Assembly: GCA_965222605.1 (NCBI GenBank) | Contig: OZ244960.1 | Span: 1,600,001-1,664,000 of the forward strand | DNA length: 64,000 bases | Reading direction: 5' to 3' | Source of the DNA: Candidatus Latescibacterota bacterium | GTDB taxonomy: Bacteria > Latescibacterota > UBA2968 | Part shown: in pieces, positions 49,300-59,857 of the stretch | Numbering within the stretch: the first letter of the stretch is position 1 | How the letters are laid out: the number at the start of each line of letters is the position of its first letter | Program-made: the position numbers and the translations under genes | Notes under the pieces: model-generated | Databases searched by the model: none | What the model was told of the DNA's origin: nothing | Seen by the model: only the letters and a program-made list of their open reading frames with translations

Positions 49300-50616
49300 T
49301 CAGCACAGGCTCTGATAACGACCATTGGGCAAAAGACGCCGTGCATTGTGTTGGCTGAGTTTGACCTCCATTAAAACATCGTTGCCTTTGTAGTCCGTGT
49401 GCAAAATTTCGCCAATTCGGTAGAGTTCTGACAGAAGTTTGCCCTCGCGTTGCGGAATCTGAACCACGAGCGTCAGGCGGTCGCCCTCAAGGTGATTGTA
49501 GATCGCCCACCGCAGGTCTTCGAGTCCCTCGCCCGTCTCAGCGGAAAGCCAGACCGCGTCGGGATATGTCGCTTTTAGATATTCGCGTCGGGCCCGATCG
49601 TCTAACAGATCATTTTTGTTAAACACCAGCATCGTCGGCCTGTCAGCTACGTCGAGTTCGCCAAGCACCTCAATCACCGTGGCGATGTGTTCTTCACAAG
49701 CTGGATGGCTGACATCAACGACATGGAGCAACAGATCGGCTTCGATTGCCTCTTCAAGGGTACCGTGAAAAGAAGCGATCAGATGGTGGGGCAGCTTTTT
49801 GATAAAACCAACGGTATCGGACAAAAGAATATCGCGGTTATAACCGAGGGAAACGCGCCGCGTGGTGGAATCGAGGGTGACAAAGAGCCGATCCTCAATC
49901 AATACATCGGCACCGGACAGGGCACGCATAAGCGTGGATTTGCCCGCATTGGTATAGCCGACAAGCGCTGCGCGAAAAATATCGGTGCGTTGTTTGCGGG
50001 CAATTGCGCGTTGTCTGGCAATGCGGTCGAGTGCTTGTTTGAGAATGGTAATGCGGCGATTGGTTGCGCGTCGATCTACTTCGAGCTGCGTTTCACCCGG
50101 ACCGCGCGTACCCACGCCGCCAGTGCCACCAGTACCGCCAGCCTGCCGCGAAAGATGGGTCCATTGACGGGTCAAACGGGGCAACATATAGATAAGTTGG
50201 GCCAACTCGACCTGTGTTTGCGCTTCTCGGGTTCTGGCGCGGCTGGCAAAAATGTCCAGAATAAGTCGGCTGCGATCGATGATTTTAACTTCAAGCAGAG
50301 TTTCGAGATTGCGGGTTTGTGCTGGCGAGAGATCTTCGTCAAAAATAACGACTTGTGCATCGTATTCTGCGACCTGTTCGACGAGTTCTTCGGCTTTACC
50401 ACGACCAATGAGATACGCAGAGTCCCTGCGCTGGCGTTCCTGAAGCACCTGCACGGCAACGTCAACACCCGCCGTATCCGCCAAAAGGCCGAGTTCGTCA
50501 AGCGTGTCTTGTGCTTCATCGAGTGAGATGCCGGGCAGAGCCAGCCCGACGAGTATGCCCCGCTCAATCGCGTGTTCTTTAGTGAGATCGTGCATATTTG
50601 CCATATATTGTCCCAT
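49300..50616 (-). CDS. hflX: GTPase HflX
   Basis: GKAEE, ILDIFA.RA, QVELAQL, GPGETQLE, GYTNAGKS, DTVGF, NK.D. Confidence 0.95.
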   Translation of the reverse strand: MGQYMANMHDLTKEHAIERGILVGLALPGISLDEAQDTLDELGLLADTAGVDVAVQVLQERQRRDSAYLIGRGKAEELVEQVAEYDAQVVIFDEDLSPAQTRNLETLLEVKIIDRSRLILDIFASRARTREAQTQVELAQLIYMLPRLTRQWTHLSRQAGGTGGTGGVGTRGPGETQLEVDRRATNRRITILKQALDRIARQRAIARKQRTDIFRAALVGYTNAGKSTLMRALSGADVLIEDRLFVTLDSTTRRVSLGYNRDILLSDTVGFIKKLPHHLIASFHGTLEEAIEADLLLHVVDVSHPACEEHIATVIEVLGELDVADRPTMLVFNKNDLLDDRARREYLKATYPDAVWLSAETGEGLEDLRWAIYNHLEGDRLTLVVQIPQREGKLLSELYRIGEILHTDYKGNDVLMEVKLSQHNARRLLPNGRYQSLC

Positions 50617-50625
50617 CTGAATTTA

Positions 50626-51123
50626 CTACGTCTTAAAATTCGGCCTTATAACAGAAGCTATTTCTTCCGCCCGTTCCCATGATACGGTTACCTTCTGCTT
50701 CATACCCCCATCTTTTGGCTGTAAGGCAGCGATATGCGGTGGTCCACTCCCCCAGTTGCTCAACTTACGACGCGGTACAACGTGAATGTGAAAATGCGGC
50801 ACTTCCTGCAAACTGGTCACGCCGTTATTCTGATACACAGTAATGCCATCCGGGTTAAACGTTTCTGTAAGTGCTTCTGCTGCTATTCGGACCGTCTTCA
50901 TAATTTCACGAGCCTCATCATCTGTCAGGTCTAATATCGTCGGCGCGTGTCGGCGAGGGATAACGAGAAGCTGACCGACTTCAAACTGCCTGGGATTGAG
51001 CAATGCAAGCGTCTTTTCAGTCGAATATATAACATGCCTCATTTCGCCGCGTCTGGCAACTATCTCACAAAATGGACAGGGATCCCACGTCGGCATCTCA
51101 AATGGGGCAACAGTATGACTCAT
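50626..51123 (-). CDS. HIT family hydrolase
   Basis: CPFC, HFHIH triad. Confidence 0.88.
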   Translation of the reverse strand: MSHTVAPFEMPTWDPCPFCEIVARRGEMRHVIYSTEKTLALLNPRQFEVGQLLVIPRRHAPTILDLTDDEAREIMKTVRIAAEALTETFNPDGITVYQNNGVTSLQEVPHFHIHVVPRRKLSNWGSGPPHIAALQPKDGGMKQKVTVSWERAEEIASVIRPNFKT

Positions 51124-51162
51124 CTTTATTCATCCTCATCTCGTCCGCCCTTGCCTGGTCTC

Positions 51163-51867
51163 CTACTGATGGAAGTCTAATAAAGCATCTATATATGCAC
51201 CAGTGGATTTATGCAAGCGTTCTATCCTCTCTTTGGGAATAGGACCGTGATCTTCTTTGACACACAAATCAGATATGATGCGAATACCGACATATTTAAT
51301 CTTATTAATCGCACAAACATCCACAATAGCCGCTGATTCCCAATTCACGGCTATGGCTCCACTCTCTACGGCGATTCTATCTCGCACTTCGCGATCATAA
51401 ACATCCATATCTCCGCAAATCACAGAAGCTTCCCTGAGCTTAGCACCCGAGTTTTTTGATAAACACTCTGCGAACCTGTCTATCGAAGCGGAGGAGGCAT
51501 TGAAAAGACGCGATCTCCATACATCTTGCTCGCTCTGAATCTCCGGCCTATTTGGTACATCGTGCTCAGAGACGCCAGTAACTACGACAATGTCTCCAAT
51601 ATTTAAAAATTCTATTAAGCCACCCGCAAATCCAAACTCGAAAAATGTATCTACTTGATACCTGTCTATTATCATTTGGCACATCGAAGCCGCACGCACT
51701 TTGCCCATACCCGACTGCATGACGACCCATTTCTCATCTCCATCGCACCACGCAAACTGCAACCTGCCATTCCAGTCAACCGAAGCGCCCGCATCTCGCC
51801 CCAAAACATCGAGAAGCGCCCGCGTCTCATCCGCATAAGCTGTCATAACGCACAGCCTCGAACTCAT
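51163..51867 (-). CDS. MTA/SAH nucleosidase-like (PNP/UDP phosphorylase fold)
   Basis: SGMGKV.AA, G.AGG, GD, WESAAI, R.ISD. Confidence 0.8.
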   Translation of the reverse strand: MSSRLCVMTAYADETRALLDVLGRDAGASVDWNGRLQFAWCDGDEKWVVMQSGMGKVRAASMCQMIIDRYQVDTFFEFGFAGGLIEFLNIGDIVVVTGVSEHDVPNRPEIQSEQDVWRSRLFNASSASIDRFAECLSKNSGAKLREASVICGDMDVYDREVRDRIAVESGAIAVNWESAAIVDVCAINKIKYVGIRIISDLCVKEDHGPIPKERIERLHKSTGAYIDALLDFHQ

Positions 51868-52319
51868 AAATTTGTCTCCATTTTCATCGCAACAAAATAT
51901 TCGTTAAAACCTATCTTCCTCCAAAAGTTCTGGCCTTCCGAGTTAGTTGCCACGACATCGAGAGCTATAGATTGAATGTCTTTGGGAAAACGTGTGTCTA
52001 TTAGAATCTGGAAGGCCGCTTTACCCAAGCCAAGGCGACGATGAGAGCGTTCAATATAATACTGACGAATATAAATTACCGCCTCCTCTGGATAATAGTA
52101 GTCCTTACGCTCTTGATACACGGAATAGCCTATCATCTGTCCATCACTCAGAAACACATCTACCGTCCATATATCGGTATCTAACCACTCGCGAAATCGT
52201 ACCTCATATTCTTCCAGTGAAAACGGATTCTCGCTGCCCTGGTCATCCACGAGGCAACTATTCATTATAGCCAACTGAGGCAAGTCACTTAATTGCGCAG
52301 CGCGAACGGCGACTGACAT
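51864..52319 (-). CDS. GNAT acetyltransferase
   Basis: RRLGLG, N..G..FW..IGF. Confidence 0.85.
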   Translation of the reverse strand: MSVAVRAAQLSDLPQLAIMNSCLVDDQGSENPFSLEEYEVRFREWLDTDIWTVDVFLSDGQMIGYSVYQERKDYYYPEEAVIYIRQYYIERSHRRLGLGKAAFQILIDTRFPKDIQSIALDVVATNSEGQNFWRKIGFNEYFVAMKMETNL

Positions 52320-52332
52320 GATACCCTCACTG

Positions 52333-52809
52333 TCATTTTTTTAATAATTTCTCAAAAGAAACAATAGTCATTCTGTCGTTAACCTCTTGAGTGGCTCCCG
52401 TTCTCCTGTAGCCCATTTTCTCATAAAAATAACAGTTGCCTTCCTCTTGTAGAATCGTCTCAAGTTCCCAGCACTCCGCATCAACAACATCCTCAACAAG
52501 CGCGATAGCATCCTGACCATACCCCTTCCCCTGATGCTCTGGGACGATAAACATGGGACTAATCCTCGCTCGCCTGATCTCGTCATCGTAGATAATTCTG
52601 ATCGCTCCGATTTGGACGCCATCAAGCATAATAAAATAGTAAGTGGTATGGTGTTGCTTTAATCTATCAATAATACGTTCAACGTCTTCATTAGCCGGAT
52701 TCGTTCCGTAATCCCGATACTTGCGGAGCAATGGCAGAAATGACCCAACCTGAAGCCGGTGAATAGCTTCCGCGTCTCTCATAGATGCTTTGTTTAGACT
52801 GATTCGCAT
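52333..52809 (-). CDS. GNAT acetyltransferase
   Basis: QGKGYG, N..FYEKMGY; start moved to ATG 52809. Confidence 0.85.
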   Translation of the reverse strand: MRISLNKASMRDAEAIHRLQVGSFLPLLRKYRDYGTNPANEDVERIIDRLKQHHTTYYFIMLDGVQIGAIRIIYDDEIRRARISPMFIVPEHQGKGYGQDAIALVEDVVDAECWELETILQEEGNCYFYEKMGYRRTGATQEVNDRMTIVSFEKLLKK

Positions 52810-52828
52810 AAGTAGAAATATACCTCTT

Positions 52829-53401
52829 TCACCTGTTTTTACGAGCCTCCCATTCACAACGCAATAACCCGCACCACACCATGTTTTTAAATTCGCCTCT
52901 CAGATAGATATCCTGGCGCAGGATACCTTCACGGACCATGCCGATCTTCTCCATTACCCGGAGAGAACCGACATTTCTCTCATCGGCCGAGGCTCGAATG
53001 CGATTCAACTCTGGATAGACCGAAAACGCTTCATCGCTAACAGCACCCGCAGCTTCCGTGGTCAACCCCTTTCCCCAAAAGCGTCGGGCAATGCTATAGC
53101 CCATTTCGCCAACGCGATTATCAAAATCAAACCTTATATTGATTCCACCAATAACAGAACCAGCGTGTTCAATCGCCCAGGATGCGCGTGATTTACGATC
53201 CTTCAACAGTTGACCCGCCAAAAATTTTTCGGCATCTGCTCTCGTGTAGGGTTGGGGAACCGGAAGAAAGCGTGCCCATTCCGGATCGGATGCGTATAAC
53301 AGGATATCTTCAACATCCTTGAGGCTAAACAGCCTGAGCTTCAACCGGTCTGTTTTAATAAGTTCTGACATCATTCTCATATCTCTTTTTTTGAATGTCA
53401 T
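52829..53401 (-). CDS. RimJ/RimL-type GNAT acetyltransferase
   Basis: TDRL.LR, WGKGLTTEA, N..S.RVMEK.GM..EG. Confidence 0.88.
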   Translation of the reverse strand: MTFKKRDMRMMSELIKTDRLKLRLFSLKDVEDILLYASDPEWARFLPVPQPYTRADAEKFLAGQLLKDRKSRASWAIEHAGSVIGGINIRFDFDNRVGEMGYSIARRFWGKGLTTEAAGAVSDEAFSVYPELNRIRASADERNVGSLRVMEKIGMVREGILRQDIYLRGEFKNMVWCGLLRCEWEARKNR

Positions 53402-53817
53402 GAGTCAGAGCGCATCCTCTTTGTTTCCATACATTGGCTGCATATATTAAGCCTATTTCAGGACTGCTGAGGATTGGAACTAAAATTTCCGGGCACAAAC
53501 TTGCGGCTCCCGCCATAGAGGCTTGTGCCAACACAATGACATCTCCTTATAGATAGTGTTTTTACCACGAAGATTTTCTAATCTTGTGACAATTCTAGCG
53601 GCAAAATGGTTTCTATATTGCAAAGAATGTTCACGATACAACTCAAGAGGGCTACGGAGATTTGCGATATCCCGATCCGTCATCCGCGTAGCGAGTTGGG
53701 CGGAGGCGCGATTGCGCCACAACAAAAACCGCTGTATTACACAATTGCAACACAGCGTACTGAACCTGGACAGCTTAATTCCATCTCATTGAACATTCAG
53801 TGGGAATAGACTACCGC

Positions 53818-54078
53818 TCACGCAGCTGTGGTCTGCCTAATTTCCCAACCGGGGAAAACGAGAACAGCCGGATGGCATTGCAACGCTCGAGCGAGTACCT
53901 TGGCGCGCTCAACCCCAACCTGGATGCGGTTATTTTCGATGGCCGAAATAGTCGATTGGGGAATGCCTGTACGCCTGGCGAGTTCATTTTGACTAAGTTC
54001 CTGAAGTTCGCGGATAATACGGACGGATTCTCCTACGGATACCTCAACCTGCTTCTTGGCACGACGGTAATTTTCCAT
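53818..54078 (-). CDS. XRE/HigA-like HTH antitoxin
   Basis: GESVRIIRELQELSQNELA...GIPQSTISAIEN; start at ATG 54078. Confidence 0.85.
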   Translation of the reverse strand: MENYRRAKKQVEVSVGESVRIIRELQELSQNELARRTGIPQSTISAIENNRIQVGVERAKVLARALQCHPAVLVFPGWEIRQTTAA

Positions 54079-54082
54079 TTCA

Positions 54083-54178
54083 CTATCTCCGGTAATCATG
54101 AGCTGTTAGACTTACAACCTGTACGAGAACTCTGCTGGCTTCGGTTTTGGAGATTTGCGATATACCAAACCATTACGA
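54083..54178 (-). pseudogene. C-terminal remnant of a RelE/HigB-like toxin
   Basis: RNGLVYR / frameshift / KTEASRVLVQVVSLTAHDYRR* ending 4 nt before the antitoxin start; no N-terminus. Confidence 0.6.
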
Positions 54179-54880
54179 AATGTGCATATCCACACCGTAT
54201 ATCTGCAATCCCAGCTTTTCTGCGACGCGTTGAGAGGCTTTATTATCCCAGGAAGTACTATAAAGAGGAATACGACCTTGTTCTCTGACAACGCCAGCCC
54301 ATCCTGCCACGACCTGTGCTGCATAGCCCTTCCCCCGATGCGACAGTAAGGTATCTACCCCTGCCTCCTCTGCCTTCTCTGATTTCCGCACGCTCTGGCA
54401 AACCGATACTGCTTTGTCTCCCTCGACAATTGCCACAACAGGCTGGCAGTGATCCAATTCAGGAATCAGGTCGGAAAAACCAAATTCAAGGAGATATGCT
54501 GTACTCCGATCAATCCGCACGACCTCGGGGGAGCCCCCAAGCGAGTCTGGAAATCGATAGGCGGGGCCAATCCATTGCTGGTCCGTTGTAATATATGGTG
54601 TAAGCAAATCCTTCACTGTAGCCAGACACGAGGGGCTTTCATATAAATTGCCAGACGATAGTTGAGCTTGAATGATCGCCTGGACTCGCTGACAGAGCGC
54701 CTCTGGCACATCATAGCGAAAACGCACGACCGAACCGCCTCGAGTTCGTCCGATGAAAACAACAGGAGCAGGATGGTCTTCCGGTCGATACGGTTCATTT
54801 ATGAAACGGAGACGTTCATCATGATCATGAACAAAGAGCGTACCAACCTGAATTTTCATGAGTGATAAATCGGAAATCAT
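54173..54880 (-). CDS. GNAT acetyltransferase
   Basis: EAGVDT...HRGKGYA, LYST..DN.ASQRVAEKLG. Confidence 0.85.
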   Translation of the reverse strand: MISDLSLMKIQVGTLFVHDHDERLRFINEPYRPEDHPAPVVFIGRTRGGSVVRFRYDVPEALCQRVQAIIQAQLSSGNLYESPSCLATVKDLLTPYITTDQQWIGPAYRFPDSLGGSPEVVRIDRSTAYLLEFGFSDLIPELDHCQPVVAIVEGDKAVSVCQSVRKSEKAEEAGVDTLLSHRGKGYAAQVVAGWAGVVREQGRIPLYSTSWDNKASQRVAEKLGLQIYGVDMHIS

Positions 54881-55311
54881 AGATTTGAGTCACGTGATCG
54901 TATCAAAGTATCTATCCCGTATTTTCCTGAGCCGATAACCACAAACATCCCTGTAATAACCAGGTACAGAAACGCCATCTCCTTCGTGCTAAATGGATCC
55001 GCTGCGTGTTGAAAGAACCCGGCCACCAACATGGTAGAGCAGATAAAAAACGCCCCTGGTCGCGTGAGTAATCCCAGTGCCAGCAATAGCCCGCCGCCAA
55101 ACTCCGAAAAGGCTGCTACCCAGGCAAAAAACTCGGGAACAGGAAACCCCAGATCTCCCGTAATGGTCACAAACCGCTCGGAAGGTGGGAGCTTCCCCAA
55201 TCCATGTCCCAATGCCATACTCAACCCTACAAACACCCGGAGAATCGCCAATCCGACATTTGCCGGGATCGACTCAATAACCGCTCCGCCAAATAGAAGT
55301 CGCTTAATCAT
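54877..55311 (-). CDS. DoxX family membrane protein
   Basis: LR...G....HG..K, EF.GG.LL.LGL.TR, G.GKY.ID. Confidence 0.88.
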   Translation of the reverse strand: MIKRLLFGGAVIESIPANVGLAILRVFVGLSMALGHGLGKLPPSERFVTITGDLGFPVPEFFAWVAAFSEFGGGLLLALGLLTRPGAFFICSTMLVAGFFQHAADPFSTKEMAFLYLVITGMFVVIGSGKYGIDTLIRSRDSNL

Positions 55312-55401
55312 ATTCCACCTCCTAATTAAGGTTCACCGCCCTTTCCTCAGAGAGTTCAATACCTTATTTCCACTCCTGAGCATTACATACCCACTATTCA
55401 A

Positions 55402-56031
55402 TCATTGTTCAGAGTTCGCAATAGAATTTTTGAGACCCTCGTTTTTAGAATCTTCAAGAGGATGAAGGTCAATCGGTGTGAGAACCCCGTAAAAGCCGTA
55501 TTTAATACCCGAGTGATCTCCTCTCCCCGGAGGGAAATATTCTTCTATAAGCGCCAATAATTGACGACCAAATTCCGATGCCTGTTCTTCAGAAAGTCGT
55601 GCGCGATTGTGGTTAACTGACATCTGAAATGTCGAGCTATATAAACCCTCGGCAGCTTCGCGAAATGCCTGATTGAACTGACTGACAACATCAGTCGGCA
55701 TGGCCTCGGCAATTTGGTCATTCGTCGAAAGAGTCTCTCGAACGCGAATTCTGCCCGCCGCTGGCAAACAAAACCACTCCTGGAGACCAGCCTCATCTTC
55801 CTCCAAATGCACAACACCTGTTTGCGCCAGTCGTTTCAAGTGATACAGCACCCGGGCATCGGTAACGTCCAACGCCTGCGAAATCTCCGCCACCGACTTC
55901 CCGTCTCCAAGAATTTCGAGGATGCGCCAGCGAAGTGGATCGGCGAGTATATTCGCACGATCATCTTCGACAACGAGCACTGTGTCCTTTAACGCTGTGG
56001 TCGGGAAGGTCAACTCGCGCCATGTACTCAT
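55402..56031 (-). CDS. ArsR-like winged-HTH regulator
   Basis: LADPLR.RIL..L, V.EI...L, LYHL..L...G.V. Confidence 0.8.
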   Translation of the reverse strand: MSTWRELTFPTTALKDTVLVVEDDRANILADPLRWRILEILGDGKSVAEISQALDVTDARVLYHLKRLAQTGVVHLEEDEAGLQEWFCLPAAGRIRVRETLSTNDQIAEAMPTDVVSQFNQAFREAAEGLYSSTFQMSVNHNRARLSEEQASEFGRQLLALIEEYFPPGRGDHSGIKYGFYGVLTPIDLHPLEDSKNEGLKNSIANSEQ

Positions 56032-56097
56032 TCAAATTCTCCAGTCGTATAGTGGTATAATTAAACCAGATCCGCGTGATCAGGGCTTAACCTCATA

Positions 56098-58191
56098 TCA
56101 ATCCTTAAGATATTGATTGAACCAGTTGAGCACGCTCTCGTAATAATCCCTGGTATCCTCAGCTAACCAATTAGTCATAACATGGCCTTCACGTCGATAT
56201 TCTCGCATTTCCACTCGCTTGCCAAGTCGCCTGAGACCGAGGTATGTCTCACGTGCATTCACCGATCCAGGCACATCTTTGGTTCCGCATATAACCAACA
56301 CCGGCGCTTCGACCTGGTCGAAAGCAAAGAGCGGCGAGTTCTTAATATAGGTATCTCGTTTCTCCCATAGACTTCCACCATTTCGCGCTTGCTTTCCCTC
56401 GCACCACCCTATTCTCTGTACATCTACAAAATAGGTACTGGTCATGTTGATTCCGAACGGCGCATTGGCAACTGCGGCGCGGAAAGCCCGTGTATGGGAA
56501 ACCAATGCCATCACACCATAAGCACCATAACTATGCCCCCAAACACCGATTCGATTTCTGTCGGCAAAACCCATTTCTATGACACGATTAACAGCGGGCA
56601 GTGTTACGCCCACAATCTGCTCAATTGGATTATTGTCCTCCATAATCGAATCTGGATATAGTGCAGCATAACCGACGCTGGTGAGTAACCGCGCTTCCGA
56701 GTTATACCTATTACTCCTTGAAAAATTACTCCCAGGATAGATAGTAACAATCAGGGGTAGTCGGTCTTCTGCCCGAGCGTCTCTGGGAAGGAAAAGAGCC
56801 GCCTTCTGTACACGACCATTCGCGTCCTTAAACTCTATGACTTTGCGCACCGGTTGTTCCACATCCCGTCGCCAGGGATTGATCTTAAGTAGTGTCGTTG
56901 CCTCCCCACTGTCGAGAGGGTACGCATGTACCGCCTCTCTGCCGCGAGCAAAAACGAAACGTTCGGATGCTATCAGAGTGAACTCATCAGGACTTGAAAG
57001 TGGCGCGGGACAAACCGTGGTCGTCTCGCCTGAAACGGAATGGATGCGGACGATATATTTCAAGTTATCGCGTTTGTCAATTGCGTGGGCAAGAATATTG
57101 CCCTGATCATCCGTATGAAGAACTGATTCTCCGTGCCGTTGCGCAATCACATTTATCCTCATCTGATTGTCAGTCGAATCCTTCAACAACCGACGATTCT
57201 TACCGTCCTCAATAGATAGATGATACAAACATCCTTTTTGCAGCCATATAAGGCGCGTGCCGTCATCGGTCCACCAGGGTATTTGAAAGTTACCCAGGGA
57301 CGAAGTGAATTCTGTCACCATTGTAGGCTCAGTTGATCCGTCCGCTGGTGCGAAGTAGAGATGTTGAGGGTCACCCCACTTTCCACCGGTGACATAGGAA
57401 ATTGTCTGACAATCGGGCGACCACGAAAAACGACAGGCATAACTGTTGACCGGTACATTCCGAGCGACCGCATAAGGCTCGCGACCATCAAATGGGATGA
57501 TATTCACATCGGCAATAGTGTGGGGACGATCCACCGGATATGCAATTTTATTGAGAAGTGCTACAGCTTGCCCATCAGGAGCCACACGTGGGACAGTGAA
57601 CGTGAGACCGGACGCAAACTCCGTCACAATGCCTGAGCTTACCTCCACAACACCGACGCACTCACCAATACCCGACTGTTTAAAGAAAGATCTATGCTGG
57701 CCTGATGCGGACTGTTCCGGAGTGTATGATTGTACAATGATGTCAGAAGATTTTGTAGAGACACGGGCACTCGGGATCAACGGCACGATGATGCGGCGAC
57801 CGTCAGGAGTCCATTGAGGAACGGCGCCCCACCCGCGGATCACAGCGTTGGATACGAGGAACACTTCGTGCGTCTGTCTGTTCCATAATCCAACACAGGC
57901 ATGAGCATCTTGTGTGACGACATACGCAGCAAGCGTTTGTCCATCTGGAGACCAGCGACCTGCCCAGCTCATCCGTAGATCAGAAAACGGCTCTATGGAC
58001 TCACCTGTTTCAACGTCTATAAGGACAATGTATGCGCCGTTCTCACCATAATTGGTATCGCCTGGCAAGCGACGCTTCCCCTGACTGAGTGTTACAGCAA
58101 GCAATCCGCCATCAGGCGAAATATCCCACGGGCAACGACTGGTAAACTGGTTGACGTTCAACAAGTCATCAACAGTGAATGGTCGCAACAT
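56098..58191 (-). CDS. S9 prolyl oligopeptidase family serine peptidase
   Basis: WSPDG propeller repeats, GHSYG nucleophile, G.KD, EGH. Confidence 0.88.
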   Translation of the reverse strand: MLRPFTVDDLLNVNQFTSRCPWDISPDGGLLAVTLSQGKRRLPGDTNYGENGAYIVLIDVETGESIEPFSDLRMSWAGRWSPDGQTLAAYVVTQDAHACVGLWNRQTHEVFLVSNAVIRGWGAVPQWTPDGRRIIVPLIPSARVSTKSSDIIVQSYTPEQSASGQHRSFFKQSGIGECVGVVEVSSGIVTEFASGLTFTVPRVAPDGQAVALLNKIAYPVDRPHTIADVNIIPFDGREPYAVARNVPVNSYACRFSWSPDCQTISYVTGGKWGDPQHLYFAPADGSTEPTMVTEFTSSLGNFQIPWWTDDGTRLIWLQKGCLYHLSIEDGKNRRLLKDSTDNQMRINVIAQRHGESVLHTDDQGNILAHAIDKRDNLKYIVRIHSVSGETTTVCPAPLSSPDEFTLIASERFVFARGREAVHAYPLDSGEATTLLKINPWRRDVEQPVRKVIEFKDANGRVQKAALFLPRDARAEDRLPLIVTIYPGSNFSRSNRYNSEARLLTSVGYAALYPDSIMEDNNPIEQIVGVTLPAVNRVIEMGFADRNRIGVWGHSYGAYGVMALVSHTRAFRAAVANAPFGINMTSTYFVDVQRIGWCEGKQARNGGSLWEKRDTYIKNSPLFAFDQVEAPVLVICGTKDVPGSVNARETYLGLRRLGKRVEMREYRREGHVMTNWLAEDTRDYYESVLNWFNQYLKD

Positions 58192-58293
58192 ATTTATCTC
58201 TCCTGGGGTTTACTGCTGTTGAGTTCCGTTAAAGACGACTGATGGTTTGGGTTCTGATACAACCACATCTGGCAAATGTGGCCCCTTGGGATT

Positions 58294-59313
58294 TCATTGC
58301 AGACTCTCGAGATCGGAAACCGCCGCACCCAGAAATTCAGGCGTTTTAGGATGTAGAAGACGACCGCAGTCCCAAAAAAACCTTATTCCCCGGAGATTCG
58401 CGACAATTGACAGTAACTTCTCCTCTACAGGCGATAACTCCATAAGGGGCTTTTCGATAACGGCATTGTAGGAAGATCGAAAAGCATCAACATATCCGGG
58501 TTCGGAATGCTCTGAACTCGGCCTGGCCACATATTCTCCCTCCGCTTGCCGCAGGTCATGAGCCGCGATCCCCCAGCCAGCCGATTGGAAATCATGGACG
58601 TTTGAAATACGCAGTGCATTGCCGTTTTCCACAAGCACATTGTGGAGTCCTGCTTCGCCCCACAGAAATACGTTGTCGCCATGCACCCTGACTTCGGGCA
58701 CCGGGTCCGTGGCGACCAATAGCCTGCCCCAGAGTTCCGGCAGAGTTGCTGCCAGGGAGAAAGCCAACTCCTCGTCTCCAAACATTGCTTCCCGGATCGT
58801 CACTTCCCACGACGCAAGATCTCTCGTTTTCTGTGATTGAAGCTCTTGCGGACATTGTTGCCTATGCACATGTGCAACAGTCTGTCCCAGAAGCGCGCCC
58901 AAATGCAATCGCTGTGCCCGAGATGCGCCCAGATAGTAACTGAGACCCGACTCCCCCGGCTCACATGGGATCAAAAGACATTCAAAAGCAAGTGGTTCTC
59001 CATCGTCGTCGTACACCAGAGATTCAGACACCGGAACACCGGCGATACCGCGCAATGCCCTTGTGGCGACGAACTCGGTTTTCAAACTGAAACTGAGGGA
59101 TTGGCGAAACTGGGTCTTCAAGATTACCCGGCCGTGGGCGCGAGTCTCCACCTGAAAAATCTGGTTTATGAAATTGGCTTCCAAACGCTTGATTGACCAG
59201 GACGAGCTGAAACCATGTTTCTCAAAAAGCACATCGATCTGTGCGCGGGTTACATCCGGCTTATCGCGGAATAAAGCTCGGATATCCTTCATGCTGGCGA
59301 GTCTTGTGACCAT
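58294..59313 (-). CDS. Aminoglycoside phosphotransferase/kinase-like protein (degenerate motifs)
   Basis: ILK, LG...A.VH, WGE....NVLV in place of HGD....N, HDF. Confidence 0.6.
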   Translation of the reverse strand: MVTRLASMKDIRALFRDKPDVTRAQIDVLFEKHGFSSSWSIKRLEANFINQIFQVETRAHGRVILKTQFRQSLSFSLKTEFVATRALRGIAGVPVSESLVYDDDGEPLAFECLLIPCEPGESGLSYYLGASRAQRLHLGALLGQTVAHVHRQQCPQELQSQKTRDLASWEVTIREAMFGDEELAFSLAATLPELWGRLLVATDPVPEVRVHGDNVFLWGEAGLHNVLVENGNALRISNVHDFQSAGWGIAAHDLRQAEGEYVARPSSEHSEPGYVDAFRSSYNAVIEKPLMELSPVEEKLLSIVANLRGIRFFWDCGRLLHPKTPEFLGAAVSDLESLQ

Positions 59314-59366
59314 GCGGTGCTATCTCCGCGGGATATTCTGACTAATGGGATTTCATTTTGACTCAT

Positions 59367-59801
59367 TCACACGTTGATCAAATCGATAGCAGAAGGACCG
59401 GTTTGTACCTTGTAATATGTCCTTGTCTTATCCGCAAAATAGTCCTTGATACGCTCGACCTGCTTCGGGAAGGTGTTACTCGGGATACGATCTAATTGAA
59501 AGTATTCGATCTGGTCCGCCTCATCGGTAAGTTGGACCGTGCCTCCCGTAACCTGGCAAAAAAATGACAATACGATCTCATTCTTATCTGGTTTACTATA
59601 CACCCCACTAAGATAGACGGGCACTGCTCTCAAACCCGTTTCTTCTTCTATCTCCCGCACTAGAGCAGCCCACGGACTCTCGCCAGCCTCAACCCCACCA
59701 CCTGGCAAATTCCACAGATCGAAGTCGCGTCGGTGGCACAACAAGACGCGGTCTTTGTCATCGGTAATGATTCCAAAAACGCCAATTGTGAACACGATCA
59801 A
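59367..59801 (-). CDS. NUDIX hydrolase
   Basis: GG.VE.GE....A..RE..EETG Nudix box. Confidence 0.92.
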   Translation of the reverse strand: MIVFTIGVFGIITDDKDRVLLCHRRDFDLWNLPGGGVEAGESPWAALVREIEEETGLRAVPVYLSGVYSKPDKNEIVLSFFCQVTGGTVQLTDEADQIEYFQLDRIPSNTFPKQVERIKDYFADKTRTYYKVQTGPSAIDLINV

Positions 59802-59857
59802 ATTCCCTTTTTGCTAACTCGAACATATCCCAACTCAGCTTCGGAGATACCCATACT

